From positions 1-35,374 of the forward strand of contig JBHICG010000031.1 of the NCBI GenBank assembly GCA_046759445.1: DNA of 35,374 nt, written 5' to 3'. Made by a program: the position numbers and the translations under genes. Origin of the DNA: Candidatus Scalinduaceae bacterium. Lineage in GTDB: Bacteria > Planctomycetota > Brocadiia > Brocadiales > Scalinduaceae. Every line of letters begins with the position of its first letter. The first letter of the stretch is position 1. Below, piece after piece: positions 18,437 to 26,981 of this stretch. The notes beneath the pieces are model-generated. The model saw only the letters and a list, made by a program, of their open reading frames with translations, did not search any database and was not told the origin of the DNA.

Positions 18437-19414
18437 ATGTTTCAATCTGAAAAAGTATTAGGAATTATAGTAACCGATAGGGATGGAGTTGTAAAGTCAG
18501 TAAGTTATAGTAATGGCAATTTTAATTCCGACATAATTGGAGATAAGTGGTACAATGCCTTTCGGATTCCTGGTAAAGATTTTTTTAAAGTAGAAGGTGA
18601 ATATCCTAAGATATACAAATTACCAGAAATCGGACAAAAAATCTTAGTACATCCTTCCCATGGTGAAACAGGAGACACATGCGGATACCACATCCTGGTT
18701 GAGCAAATAGATGATGAAGAAAAGTCTACACAGTATCTGAATAGAATGTTATGCTTTGGAAAAATAGTTCCTGGGATTGCCCATGAGATTTGTAACCCCT
18801 TGACCTATGTATCTGGATGGTTACAAATGTTCCTTTCGGAAACACATGATAATGACCCCAAAAAAAAGACCTACGAGACACTTGTCCAAGAGTTTGACCG
18901 TATAGCCAAGTTGGTTAGTTGCTTACTTGAATTTGCAAAACAAACTCCCACATCAAAAAAAATATTTGATGTAAATCAAGTAATAGAAGATGTTATTTTA
19001 ATGGTTGGCTATACTATGAAAAATGAAAATATTGAGGTTACTAAGAATCTGTTGTATTCAGAACTTAAGATAGAGGGAGATTGCAATAGATTGAAACAGG
19101 TTTTCCTTAATTTGCTACAAAATGCGAGGGAAGCCATGCCAAATGGTGGTAAGATTTATTTAAGTACTAATCTTATCCACGATAATTCAATTATGATTCA
19201 ATTTCGTGATACGGGATGTGGTATCACAAGGGATCAAAGAAGCAAAGCCTTTCGCCCTTTTTATACTACCAAAATCAATAACAATGGCACTGGTTTAGGG
19301 TTGTCAGTATGTAAAGCAATGATTGAAGAAATTGGTGGAACAATTGATTTAGATAGTAAAATAGGAGAGGGAACAGTTATTACTATTATCCTGCCAGGTT
19401 ATTCTTCTGATTAA
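18437..19414 (+). CDS. Cytoplasmic sensor histidine kinase (PAS-like N-terminus, HisKA, HATPase_c)
   Basis: GIIVTDRDG (PAS-like start), H box IAHEICNPL, N box QVFLNLLQNAREAM, DTGCGI, PFYTTK and GTGLGL. No TM segment is present. Confidence 0.92.
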   Translation: MFQSEKVLGIIVTDRDGVVKSVSYSNGNFNSDIIGDKWYNAFRIPGKDFFKVEGEYPKIYKLPEIGQKILVHPSHGETGDTCGYHILVEQIDDEEKSTQYLNRMLCFGKIVPGIAHEICNPLTYVSGWLQMFLSETHDNDPKKKTYETLVQEFDRIAKLVSCLLEFAKQTPTSKKIFDVNQVIEDVILMVGYTMKNENIEVTKNLLYSELKIEGDCNRLKQVFLNLLQNAREAMPNGGKIYLSTNLIHDNSIMIQFRDTGCGITRDQRSKAFRPFYTTKINNNGTGLGLSVCKAMIEEIGGTIDLDSKIGEGTVITIILPGYSSD

Positions 19415-19433
19415 TTAATATAAGAGTTTTGAA

Positions 19434-20513
19434 ATGTCAGCCAATCCTAAAATTCTTGTTGTATTCAGAGAAGATGAAAATATGAAAGCTGCTGTGAAAC
19501 TTTTGGCAGAGAAGGGTTACGATGTTTTTTCTAAAACAAGCGTGTTCCAGGCAGTAGCTACAGTTGCTGAAAGAAAAACGGATATTGTTGTTCTTGATAT
19601 AGACGATTTGGAATTAAAGGAGATGGAATTCTTTGATGTTGTAAAAAAAATTAATCCGAAGCTATTTATTTTGGTTTCCTTCTCTTTTGTAAATAGGGAG
19701 AAAGCCATCAAATCTCTCGAAAGTGGTGCTGATTGCTATATTTTAAAACCCTTTTATATAAATGAGTTACTTGCTATTATTCACAAATTTTTAGATAGGA
19801 CCAGTCATAACGGAAGCATCTTGAAGGAATCAAATGGAAAACAATTGTCTGTAAAACGTATGGCATTGAGGATTGCGCATGAAATTAATAATCCTTTAAC
19901 GACAATCAGTGGTCAGTTACAATTGCTCTTGTTAGGACGGATAAACAAAGACCCCAACTACCCCGTATATGTAACTTTAGAGGAGGAAACACAGAGAATT
20001 GCTGAAGCTGTAAGAAATCTAGTGACCTATGCTCAACTTAGAGAACCTAATAAGTCATTTGTGAATTTGAACGATATCATAAAAGAAGTAATCAATTTCT
20101 TTAAGGATACAAAGCAAGAAAGAGATACTCAAATAATAGAAGCCTTTGATAGAGATTTACCAATGATTATGGCCGACAAAGAACAAATCTCCTTGGTTTG
20201 TAAAAATATAATTTGTAATTCTCAAAAGGCTGTTGGTAAAAAAGGCGTCTTAAAAATTTCCACGGAAAAAGATAACCAAAATATAATTGCTACATTTTAT
20301 GATTCAGGTAAAGGAATTCCTTCTAAGGTAATTGAAAGGATTTTTGATCCTTTCTTAGTAGTTGATGAAGCTGAAGGAGGAATAGGTCTGGGACTCTGTG
20401 TTTCTCATAACATAATTAAGAGGCATGGAGGGGATTTAACCGTAAAAAGCCAGGAGCACAAAGGTACCGTCTTTAGTTTCACATTGCCGTTAGAACCAAT
20501 TAAAATCTTGTAA
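19434..20513 (+). CDS. Hybrid protein: atypical receiver domain plus histidine kinase
   Basis: REC fold (KILVVFRE lacking the DD pair, VVLD, GADCYILKPF), H box IAHEINNPL, DSGKGI and GIGLGL. The N box (KNIICNSQKA) and F box (PFLVVD) are divergent. Confidence 0.88.
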   Translation: MSANPKILVVFREDENMKAAVKLLAEKGYDVFSKTSVFQAVATVAERKTDIVVLDIDDLELKEMEFFDVVKKINPKLFILVSFSFVNREKAIKSLESGADCYILKPFYINELLAIIHKFLDRTSHNGSILKESNGKQLSVKRMALRIAHEINNPLTTISGQLQLLLLGRINKDPNYPVYVTLEEETQRIAEAVRNLVTYAQLREPNKSFVNLNDIIKEVINFFKDTKQERDTQIIEAFDRDLPMIMADKEQISLVCKNIICNSQKAVGKKGVLKISTEKDNQNIIATFYDSGKGIPSKVIERIFDPFLVVDEAEGGIGLGLCVSHNIIKRHGGDLTVKSQEHKGTVFSFTLPLEPIKIL

Positions 20514-20531
20514 TCTATTAGAGGAATAAAC

Positions 20532-22127
20532 ATGGATGAAGGGATAAGAATCTTAGTTGTAGATGATGAACCTAAGATATGCCAATTAATTGAAGAATTG
20601 CTTAGACGTGAAGGTTATCAGACAGACACAAGTTTATCAGGTGTTGAGGCATTACAGATGATGAAGAAGCATAATTATCAAATGTTGTTAACCGACTTAA
20701 AGATGCCTGGAATTGATGGCCTTGAACTGATTCGAAAGGCTAAGAAGGAATATCCGGAAATCAGGACTATAATGGTCACTGGTTATGCAACTGTAGAGAC
20801 TGCCGTTCAGTCGCTAAGACATGGAGTGGATGATTATATAACCAAGCCCTTTAATATTTTTGAATTAAAAAAGGCCGTAAATAGAACCTTATATGGCCAT
20901 CAGATTGCAATGGAAAATAAACAACTTCTAGATGATTTAAAAAAAACAAATATTGAACTTGACTTTTATAAACAAAAATTAACTCTAGAGGTCCAGACAA
21001 CTGGTAAGCATCTTACAGATGCCAATAAAGAGCTTGTTCAAAGAATAAACGAATTAGACACAATAAACGAGATTAGTAAAGCAATTACGTCGGTTTTAGA
21101 TACGAATGAACTCTTAAACTTATGTCTGGGAAAAATTAACGAAAAGCTAAAGGTAAAGCAAAGTTCAATCATGTTGCTTGATGAAGAAAAAAAAGAGTTG
21201 ATAGTTAAGGCATACCAAGGTGACAGATGCAACCTGGTTATAGGTAAAACTCGAAAGATAGGCGAAGGAATTGCAGGGCGTGTTGCGAAAGAAAGAAAGC
21301 CCATTTTGGTCAAGAATATTATTGATGATAACAGGCTTAGAGGAAGTGAAAAACCTGATTATGTAACAAAGTCATTTGTTTCTGCACCTTTAATTTCGGG
21401 TAAAAGGCTTCTTGGAGTAATAAACATCACAGACAAAATTTCAAGAGAGAGTTTTAGTGAGACAGATGTTAATCTCCTTTGTATTATGGCAGGGCAGGTA
21501 AGTATTGCATTAGAAAACATGAGACTTTACAAGACAATAGAAGAAAATTGTTTTAATACGGTTAGGTCTTTGGCTAATCTTCTAGAGGCAAGAGATAGTT
21601 TTACAAATGGTCATTCTCAAAGAGTATCAGAATACGCACTCTCCATCGCAGATATGATAGGAGTGTCACCCAAAGAAAAAGACATATTGCATCATGCAGC
21701 ACAATTGCATGACATAGGCAAAATAGGTATATCAGAACGTATACTTAATAAGCCTGATAAATTGAGTAAATCTGAATTTGATGTAATAAAGTCCCATCCT
21801 ATTATAGGTGAAAAAATAATAGAGCCTTTAGATTTTCTCAAAGAAGCAAGTCACTATATAAGAGGTCACCACGAGAGTTTTGATGGTAGTGGGTATCCTG
21901 ATAAATTGGGTGGAAAAGATATACCACTTTTGACTAAGATAATGACAGTAGCCGATGCTTTCGATGCAATGACATCAGAAAGGACATACCGGCCATCTAA
22001 AAAGATAAACGAAGCGATTTCAGAACTCAATAGAGTATCTGGGAAACAATTAGATCCTGTATTAGTAGATGCATTTGCTTCTCATGAAATGACCAAGATA
22101 AGTTCTGAATTAGAATCTTATTCATAA
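20532..22127 (+). CDS. REC-GAF-HD-GYP cyclic-dinucleotide phosphodiesterase
   Basis: Canonical REC (ILVVDDE, LTDLKMPG, MVTG, TKPF), a coiled coil and a GAF domain. HD-GYP motifs are EARDSFTNGHSQRV, LHDIGK, HHESFDGSGYP and ADAFDAMTSERTY. Confidence 0.93.
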   Translation: MDEGIRILVVDDEPKICQLIEELLRREGYQTDTSLSGVEALQMMKKHNYQMLLTDLKMPGIDGLELIRKAKKEYPEIRTIMVTGYATVETAVQSLRHGVDDYITKPFNIFELKKAVNRTLYGHQIAMENKQLLDDLKKTNIELDFYKQKLTLEVQTTGKHLTDANKELVQRINELDTINEISKAITSVLDTNELLNLCLGKINEKLKVKQSSIMLLDEEKKELIVKAYQGDRCNLVIGKTRKIGEGIAGRVAKERKPILVKNIIDDNRLRGSEKPDYVTKSFVSAPLISGKRLLGVINITDKISRESFSETDVNLLCIMAGQVSIALENMRLYKTIEENCFNTVRSLANLLEARDSFTNGHSQRVSEYALSIADMIGVSPKEKDILHHAAQLHDIGKIGISERILNKPDKLSKSEFDVIKSHPIIGEKIIEPLDFLKEASHYIRGHHESFDGSGYPDKLGGKDIPLLTKIMTVADAFDAMTSERTYRPSKKINEAISELNRVSGKQLDPVLVDAFASHEMTKISSELESYS

Positions 22128-22134
22128 AATAGAT

Positions 22135-23727
22135 ATGCAGTTTATTATTATATCTGAAAATGATGACCTGCGTTTACTGAAATATAGCCTGAGCAGGGTG
22201 CCAGGTTGTAATGTACGTATGCTTGATAGTGTCTTCGTCACTCTACTCGAATTGAAAGAAAATCCCGCAGACTTGATCATACTTGATACAAAAGGAATGG
22301 AATCAAGTTCGAATGAAATACTGGATGTTATACATCAGCGCACTCCGGGATCTCAGATAATTGTGATTTCAGACTATTCGAATAGTAAGATATATAAACC
22401 TAATAGCAATAATACTATGTTAGGTGATAGTGGCATAATAAACTCGTTTTCGAGACCTTTTGTATTTGACGAGTTGTTAGGAACGATTACTAGATATATC
22501 AGAAATAAATCAATAAGCTATGAATCCAAACAGAAAGTCAAATTAAAAAACGATAACATAGAGTTAAAGACCAACCCTACCTTAACACTTGCAAAAGAAA
22601 CCGGTTTTTGTTCAAATGGCATGACCTGGCAAAAAAACGGGAACGATAATTATATTGAGAAATTACTAAAGACCATGAATAATATGGAGGAATTGTCTGA
22701 CATAATAGTTCAAGCTTGTGCGGCTAGAGTAAAGTCAGAAAAATGTTCCCTTATGTTATTGGACAGAAAAAGTCAAACACTTACAGTAACGAAAGCAACT
22801 GGTATTAACGTAAACAAAATAAAAAATACGAAAGTCAAATTAGGCGAAAGTGTTGCTGGATTGGTAGCGCTCAAGGGTGAGACGTTTTTAGTAACTGATA
22901 CAAAAAATAAGAGGGAAGACTTTGACATAAGTAATTCTTATAGATACAAATCCAGCTCATTTATTTCTATACCTCTAAAAGTTAAATCAGATACAATAGG
23001 TGTACTTAATTTAACAGATAAAATCAATAATCAACACTTTACAGAAAACGATTTAAATTCATTATCAACATTTGCTTCTTATGCAGCAATTGCCATTAGA
23101 AATAATTTGCTCTTTAACGAACTTCAGGATTTATCTGTTATAGATGAACTTACAGGATTATACAATAAAAGGCATTTTTTAAGTTGCCTGGAAAATGAGA
23201 TAGAAAGGTCATGTCGTTACAATTGCCATTTTGCCTTGGCTATATTCGGTATTGACGATTTCAAATATTATAATGACACTTATGGCAGATCGATTGGAAA
23301 CTTCGTCTTAAATCAAATTTCAGATATCATTAAAATATACACAAGGAATAGTGATATTGTTGCGCGTTATGGTGAGGGAGAATTTGCCGCGCTCTTTCCC
23401 GAAACGCGTGGTACTGAGAATTCATTAACCAGTACCATCTCAGGTCTCCAATTTCCTGATAGGTTAAGGACTGCAGTTGAGAGTCACGGATTCTCACGTA
23501 TTGATCCTCTTAAAAGGGTTTGTATAACAATCAGTGGTGGTGTGGCCATATTTCCGCTTGATGGTAAAACAAAGAAAGAACTTATTTCTAGAGCTGAAGA
23601 AAATTTGTGTTACGCAAAAAAGAAAGGAAAAAACACAATATATATTGGTCGAGTATATCCACATGACTATCATATAAAAATCCTTCGGGGGAAACCATAC
23701 TACACCCCATTATGCAAGAAGGTGTAA
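22135..23727 (+). CDS. Pseudo-receiver-GAF-degenerate GGDEF protein (probable c-di-GMP receptor)
   Basis: DELTGLYN is present, FGIDDFK has the first catalytic Asp replaced by Gly, the RNSD I-site is intact, and RYGEGEF replaces RYGG(D/E)EF. TISGGVA and AKKKGKN follow. Confidence 0.88.
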   Translation: MQFIIISENDDLRLLKYSLSRVPGCNVRMLDSVFVTLLELKENPADLIILDTKGMESSSNEILDVIHQRTPGSQIIVISDYSNSKIYKPNSNNTMLGDSGIINSFSRPFVFDELLGTITRYIRNKSISYESKQKVKLKNDNIELKTNPTLTLAKETGFCSNGMTWQKNGNDNYIEKLLKTMNNMEELSDIIVQACAARVKSEKCSLMLLDRKSQTLTVTKATGINVNKIKNTKVKLGESVAGLVALKGETFLVTDTKNKREDFDISNSYRYKSSSFISIPLKVKSDTIGVLNLTDKINNQHFTENDLNSLSTFASYAAIAIRNNLLFNELQDLSVIDELTGLYNKRHFLSCLENEIERSCRYNCHFALAIFGIDDFKYYNDTYGRSIGNFVLNQISDIIKIYTRNSDIVARYGEGEFAALFPETRGTENSLTSTISGLQFPDRLRTAVESHGFSRIDPLKRVCITISGGVAIFPLDGKTKKELISRAEENLCYAKKKGKNTIYIGRVYPHDYHIKILRGKPYYTPLCKKV

Positions 23728-23867
23728 ATTAGAATTTTTTGAGAATAAGTATCAGGTTTTATTTATCCAATTACCCATCAAAACGGTTTTGCCCACCATG
23801 GTAAGCGGTTTGGGCTGGTATGAAAGAATCTAATGTGATATCGGAGTTGTCTTTATAACCAATATAA

Positions 23868-23953
23868 AATGCACAGAGAATATAGAAAAAAATAAAAATA
23901 ATAAAAACCTATAAAACCAATAATTAGGTCTATACTATAATTCTCTGTGCATT
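23868..23953. repeat. 14-bp perfect inverted repeat bracketing an A-rich spacer just upstream of ddl
   Basis: AATGCACAGAGAAT (23868-23881) pairs with ATTCTCTGTGCATT (23940-23953). It extends by 4 bp (ATAG/CTAT) with a 1-nt bulge. Confidence 0.9.
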
Positions 23954-23963
23954 CAAAAAAAAT

Positions 23964-24986
23964 ATGCTTGATAAAAAAAACATTGCAGTATTAATGGGTG
24001 GCATATCATCTGAAAGAGAAATATCATTTCAGTCCGGTAAGGCTGTTGCAAATGCCTTGAGAAAGACCAATAACAACGTTATCGAAATAGTCGTCAATGA
24101 TAGCGTTGTTGATGAACTTGATAATCATGAAATTGATGTGGCATTCATAGCCCTTCATGGGTATTTTGGCGAGGATGGTGGTATTCAGGAGATTCTGGAA
24201 TCAAAGGGCATTCCGTACACTGGCTCTGGTGTTTATGCAAGCAAACTTGCAATGAACAAACTAAAATCTAAGAGTATTTTTAAAAAGAACAATATACTAA
24301 CCCCGGATTATCAATCAGTCTCTACTAAACAGACTGTTCGCGTAATCATTAAAAGAGCTGAAAAACTTGGTTTACCTGTTGTTACCAAACCCATAGACAA
24401 TGGTTCCAGTGCAGGAATATCTTTGATTAAAGAGTATGATGAATTAAAAGATGGAATAAATTATGCAGGACTATTTGGGAATGAAATTCTTATTGAAAAA
24501 TATATTGAAGGCAGGGAATTGGCTGTTGGCATTCTTAATGATAAACTTTTACCCATAATTGAGATAAAACCTGCTTCAAAGTTCTATGATTATGTTGCAA
24601 AGTACAAGGATAAAAGAACCCAATATATAGTCTTGAAATCTGATAATAAATCATTGTTTCATTCAACATATACTGATGCTCAGGAACTGGCGGTTCAAGC
24701 ACACAATAGCCTTGAATGTCGTGGTTTCTCAAGAGTAGATATGATATTAGGCAAAGACGGTAAAATATACGTCCTTGAAGTTAATACTATCCCGGGGTTC
24801 ACGGAAAGAAGTCTATTGCCAAAGGCAGCTAATGCCGTAAACATTGGTTTTGTAGAATTATGTAGTATCATCGTTGATACTGCACTCAAACATAAACACA
24901 CCCAGTCGTCTGAACAATCCGTTCAGGTAGGTGACAAGGCAGCAAAGAAGACAACGGAGAAATCCAACCAGTCCTGTTATATATAG
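23964..24986 (+). CDS. ddl: D-alanine--D-alanine ligase
   Basis: Motifs MGGISSEREIS, LHGYFGEDG, PYTGSG, GSS, EKYIEGRE, FYDY..KY and EVNTIPG. Confidence 0.97.
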   Translation: MLDKKNIAVLMGGISSEREISFQSGKAVANALRKTNNNVIEIVVNDSVVDELDNHEIDVAFIALHGYFGEDGGIQEILESKGIPYTGSGVYASKLAMNKLKSKSIFKKNNILTPDYQSVSTKQTVRVIIKRAEKLGLPVVTKPIDNGSSAGISLIKEYDELKDGINYAGLFGNEILIEKYIEGRELAVGILNDKLLPIIEIKPASKFYDYVAKYKDKRTQYIVLKSDNKSLFHSTYTDAQELAVQAHNSLECRGFSRVDMILGKDGKIYVLEVNTIPGFTERSLLPKAANAVNIGFVELCSIIVDTALKHKHTQSSEQSVQVGDKAAKKTTEKSNQSCYI

Positions 24987-25011
24987 AAACTAATAAAATT
25001 ACAGCTCACGA

Positions 25012-25974
25012 ATGAAACAAATCCTTAAATATCTTTACGATAAGGCCGCAGACAAGACAAGAACTGGTATCGTTACCCTAAACCCATATCTTGAGAAGAC
25101 ACAGAAAAAAACCATATCCATTTTACTAAGGTCGTCCATCGTAATCATCGCAATCCTTGTTGTTATGTGGTTGGGTAAATTCACATGGAAACATTTAACA
25201 AATCGAGCAATGTTTATGGTAAGTCCTGTAACATTCTCGTTTGAGACTCCAACATGGGCGACTGATAAATTCATCCATAAGGTAAAGAACCTCCCCGGTC
25301 TGAAGAAAAAATACAATATGTTTGAAAAGGATTTAACAAAAAAAATTGCTGCGATATATGAAAATAGTCCTCTTATTTCTAAGGTTTGCTATATAGAAAG
25401 AGAACTTCCTAACTGCATAAACCTAAAATTTGAATTGCACAGGCCGATAGCCATCATCAAGAATAAGGGTAAAGAGATCCTGGTAGATAAGGATTGTGTT
25501 AGACTTCCAGGAGAATTCTATAAATATCCTGAAGAAGGTGAAAATCCAATCTATATAATCAGTAGCAGGTCTTTAAGGGTTCCTAAATGCGGTGAAAGAT
25601 GTAATAACAGGTCAATCAGGGAAGGCGTAAATCTTTTAAATTATCTAAAGTTTAACAAAATAGATAAACTTCTAAAAATTGCGTCTATAGATGTTTCTAA
25701 TGTGGGTAGGAGACTTAAAAGTGGTAAAAGTGATATTATGTTACGGACACAAAATGGAGCTATGATAAAATGGGGATGTCCAAAATCATGCGAACAGCCG
25801 TATGAACTCTCTGATTATGGAAAACTTCAGAACCTGTTGAGTGTCATAAAGGAGGAAGGAACAGAACTTGCTAATATGGAATATGTTGACGTTAGATGGA
25901 AGATCCCGTTCGGTAAACACATGAATGTTCCTATGAAAGACAAGTCCCAGTATCATACACAGATTGTAAAATAA
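25012..25974 (+). CDS. ftsQ: FtsQ/DivIB-like cell division protein
   Basis: A single TM (SSIVIIAILVVMWL), a POTRA-like end ERELPNCINLKFELHRPIAII, and C-terminal YVDVR (cf. YIDLR). It follows ddl. Confidence 0.8.
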   Translation: MKQILKYLYDKAADKTRTGIVTLNPYLEKTQKKTISILLRSSIVIIAILVVMWLGKFTWKHLTNRAMFMVSPVTFSFETPTWATDKFIHKVKNLPGLKKKYNMFEKDLTKKIAAIYENSPLISKVCYIERELPNCINLKFELHRPIAIIKNKGKEILVDKDCVRLPGEFYKYPEEGENPIYIISSRSLRVPKCGERCNNRSIREGVNLLNYLKFNKIDKLLKIASIDVSNVGRRLKSGKSDIMLRTQNGAMIKWGCPKSCEQPYELSDYGKLQNLLSVIKEEGTELANMEYVDVRWKIPFGKHMNVPMKDKSQYHTQIVK

Positions 25975-26015
25975 AACATACTTTTGTTAGTTCATTCATG
26001 CTGATTGAAACAGAT

Positions 26016-26050
26016 GTAGCGGATGGCTTAAGGCCATTCGAGAGAATGGC
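26016..26050. repeat. GTAG-led REP-like palindrome / hairpin between convergent genes
   Basis: GTAG followed by CGGATGGC-TTAAG-GCCATTCG. An alternative hairpin GCCATTC-GAGA-GAATGGC spans 26033-26050. Confidence 0.5.
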
Positions 26051-26072
26051 ACGCCTTCCATAACTCCTCTGG

Positions 26073-26795
26073 TTATTTGCTGAATACCTTTTTTAGTAGT
26101 TCGGTAACTCTTGCTGCTGGCTCAGTCCTGATCTTCTTTTCTTCCTGTCCTATCATATAAAAAAGTCCATCTAGTGCTTTGTTCGTTACATAATGGTCAA
26201 TGTCTAGAGATTCAAACTTCATAAATGGTAAAGTTGTATACTTACTTATCATATCTTTATAAAAACGTGTCACATTGACTTCGCTCATACTTGATGAAAT
26301 TATTGGCTTGAATGCCTTATAGAGTTTTTGATTTGTTTTTGTCTTGAAATAGTCTGTTGCGGCAGTATTACCTCCGTTGAGGATCTTTTTGGCATCTTCA
26401 AAGGTCATTTCCTTTATTGAGTCGACAAAAAAGGATATCGCTTTAGGTGCAGCTTTTTCTGCTGCCCGGTTCATACTGAGGATAAAATCATCAACCTGTT
26501 TTTGGTATCCAATCTTTCTGAGACTATCTGCAACCATATTGATTTTTTCTGGCATGAGTATCTTAATAGTTTGATTTCCAAAATAACCATTAACTTTCGA
26601 AACTGAATTTACGGCATTCTCTGTTCCTATTGATAGAGCCTCCTTAAGGCCGGATATTATGTTCCCCTCGGCAGATTTTTTCTGTGATTCCAGGCCAATT
26701 CCCTTCTTGATTTCTTCAAAAATTCCTGCATAACATAAGCTTACGATAAAGAAGTGAACGAATATAATTGCAAAGAAAATATTTATTTTTTTCAT
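26073..26795 (-). CDS. DUF4197 family exported protein
   Basis: Signal peptide, GLKEAL..G, SMNRAAEKA, DAKKILNGG..AAT.YF, ALDGLF.MI..EE..IR and AR.T.LL.KVF. Confidence 0.9.
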   Translation of the reverse strand: MKKINIFFAIIFVHFFIVSLCYAGIFEEIKKGIGLESQKKSAEGNIISGLKEALSIGTENAVNSVSKVNGYFGNQTIKILMPEKINMVADSLRKIGYQKQVDDFILSMNRAAEKAAPKAISFFVDSIKEMTFEDAKKILNGGNTAATDYFKTKTNQKLYKAFKPIISSSMSEVNVTRFYKDMISKYTTLPFMKFESLDIDHYVTNKALDGLFYMIGQEEKKIRTEPAARVTELLKKVFSK

Positions 26796-26981
26796 TTACC
26801 AACCTCCCTTAATTTATCTTTGAGTTTTAAAGCAAACGACTGTGTGCAAAACTGAGCCCTGTTATAGACGTGTTTACATGTTGTTGTCAAGGATTGAATT
26901 GTTCTGTCAAAGGAAAAGGGTCTATCACTATTTATTTATAATTATATTTTGAAAGTTTAAGCCTCTTTCCTCAGAGATTTG

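Noticed and set aside
26025..26060. c-di-GMP-I riboswitch (CCATTC-GAGA-GAATGG-CACGC resembles the P2 arm)
   Set aside because: It lacks the GGCAAA and GCAAAGC conserved segments and a P3 arm, and lies between two convergent 3' ends with no downstream gene to control.
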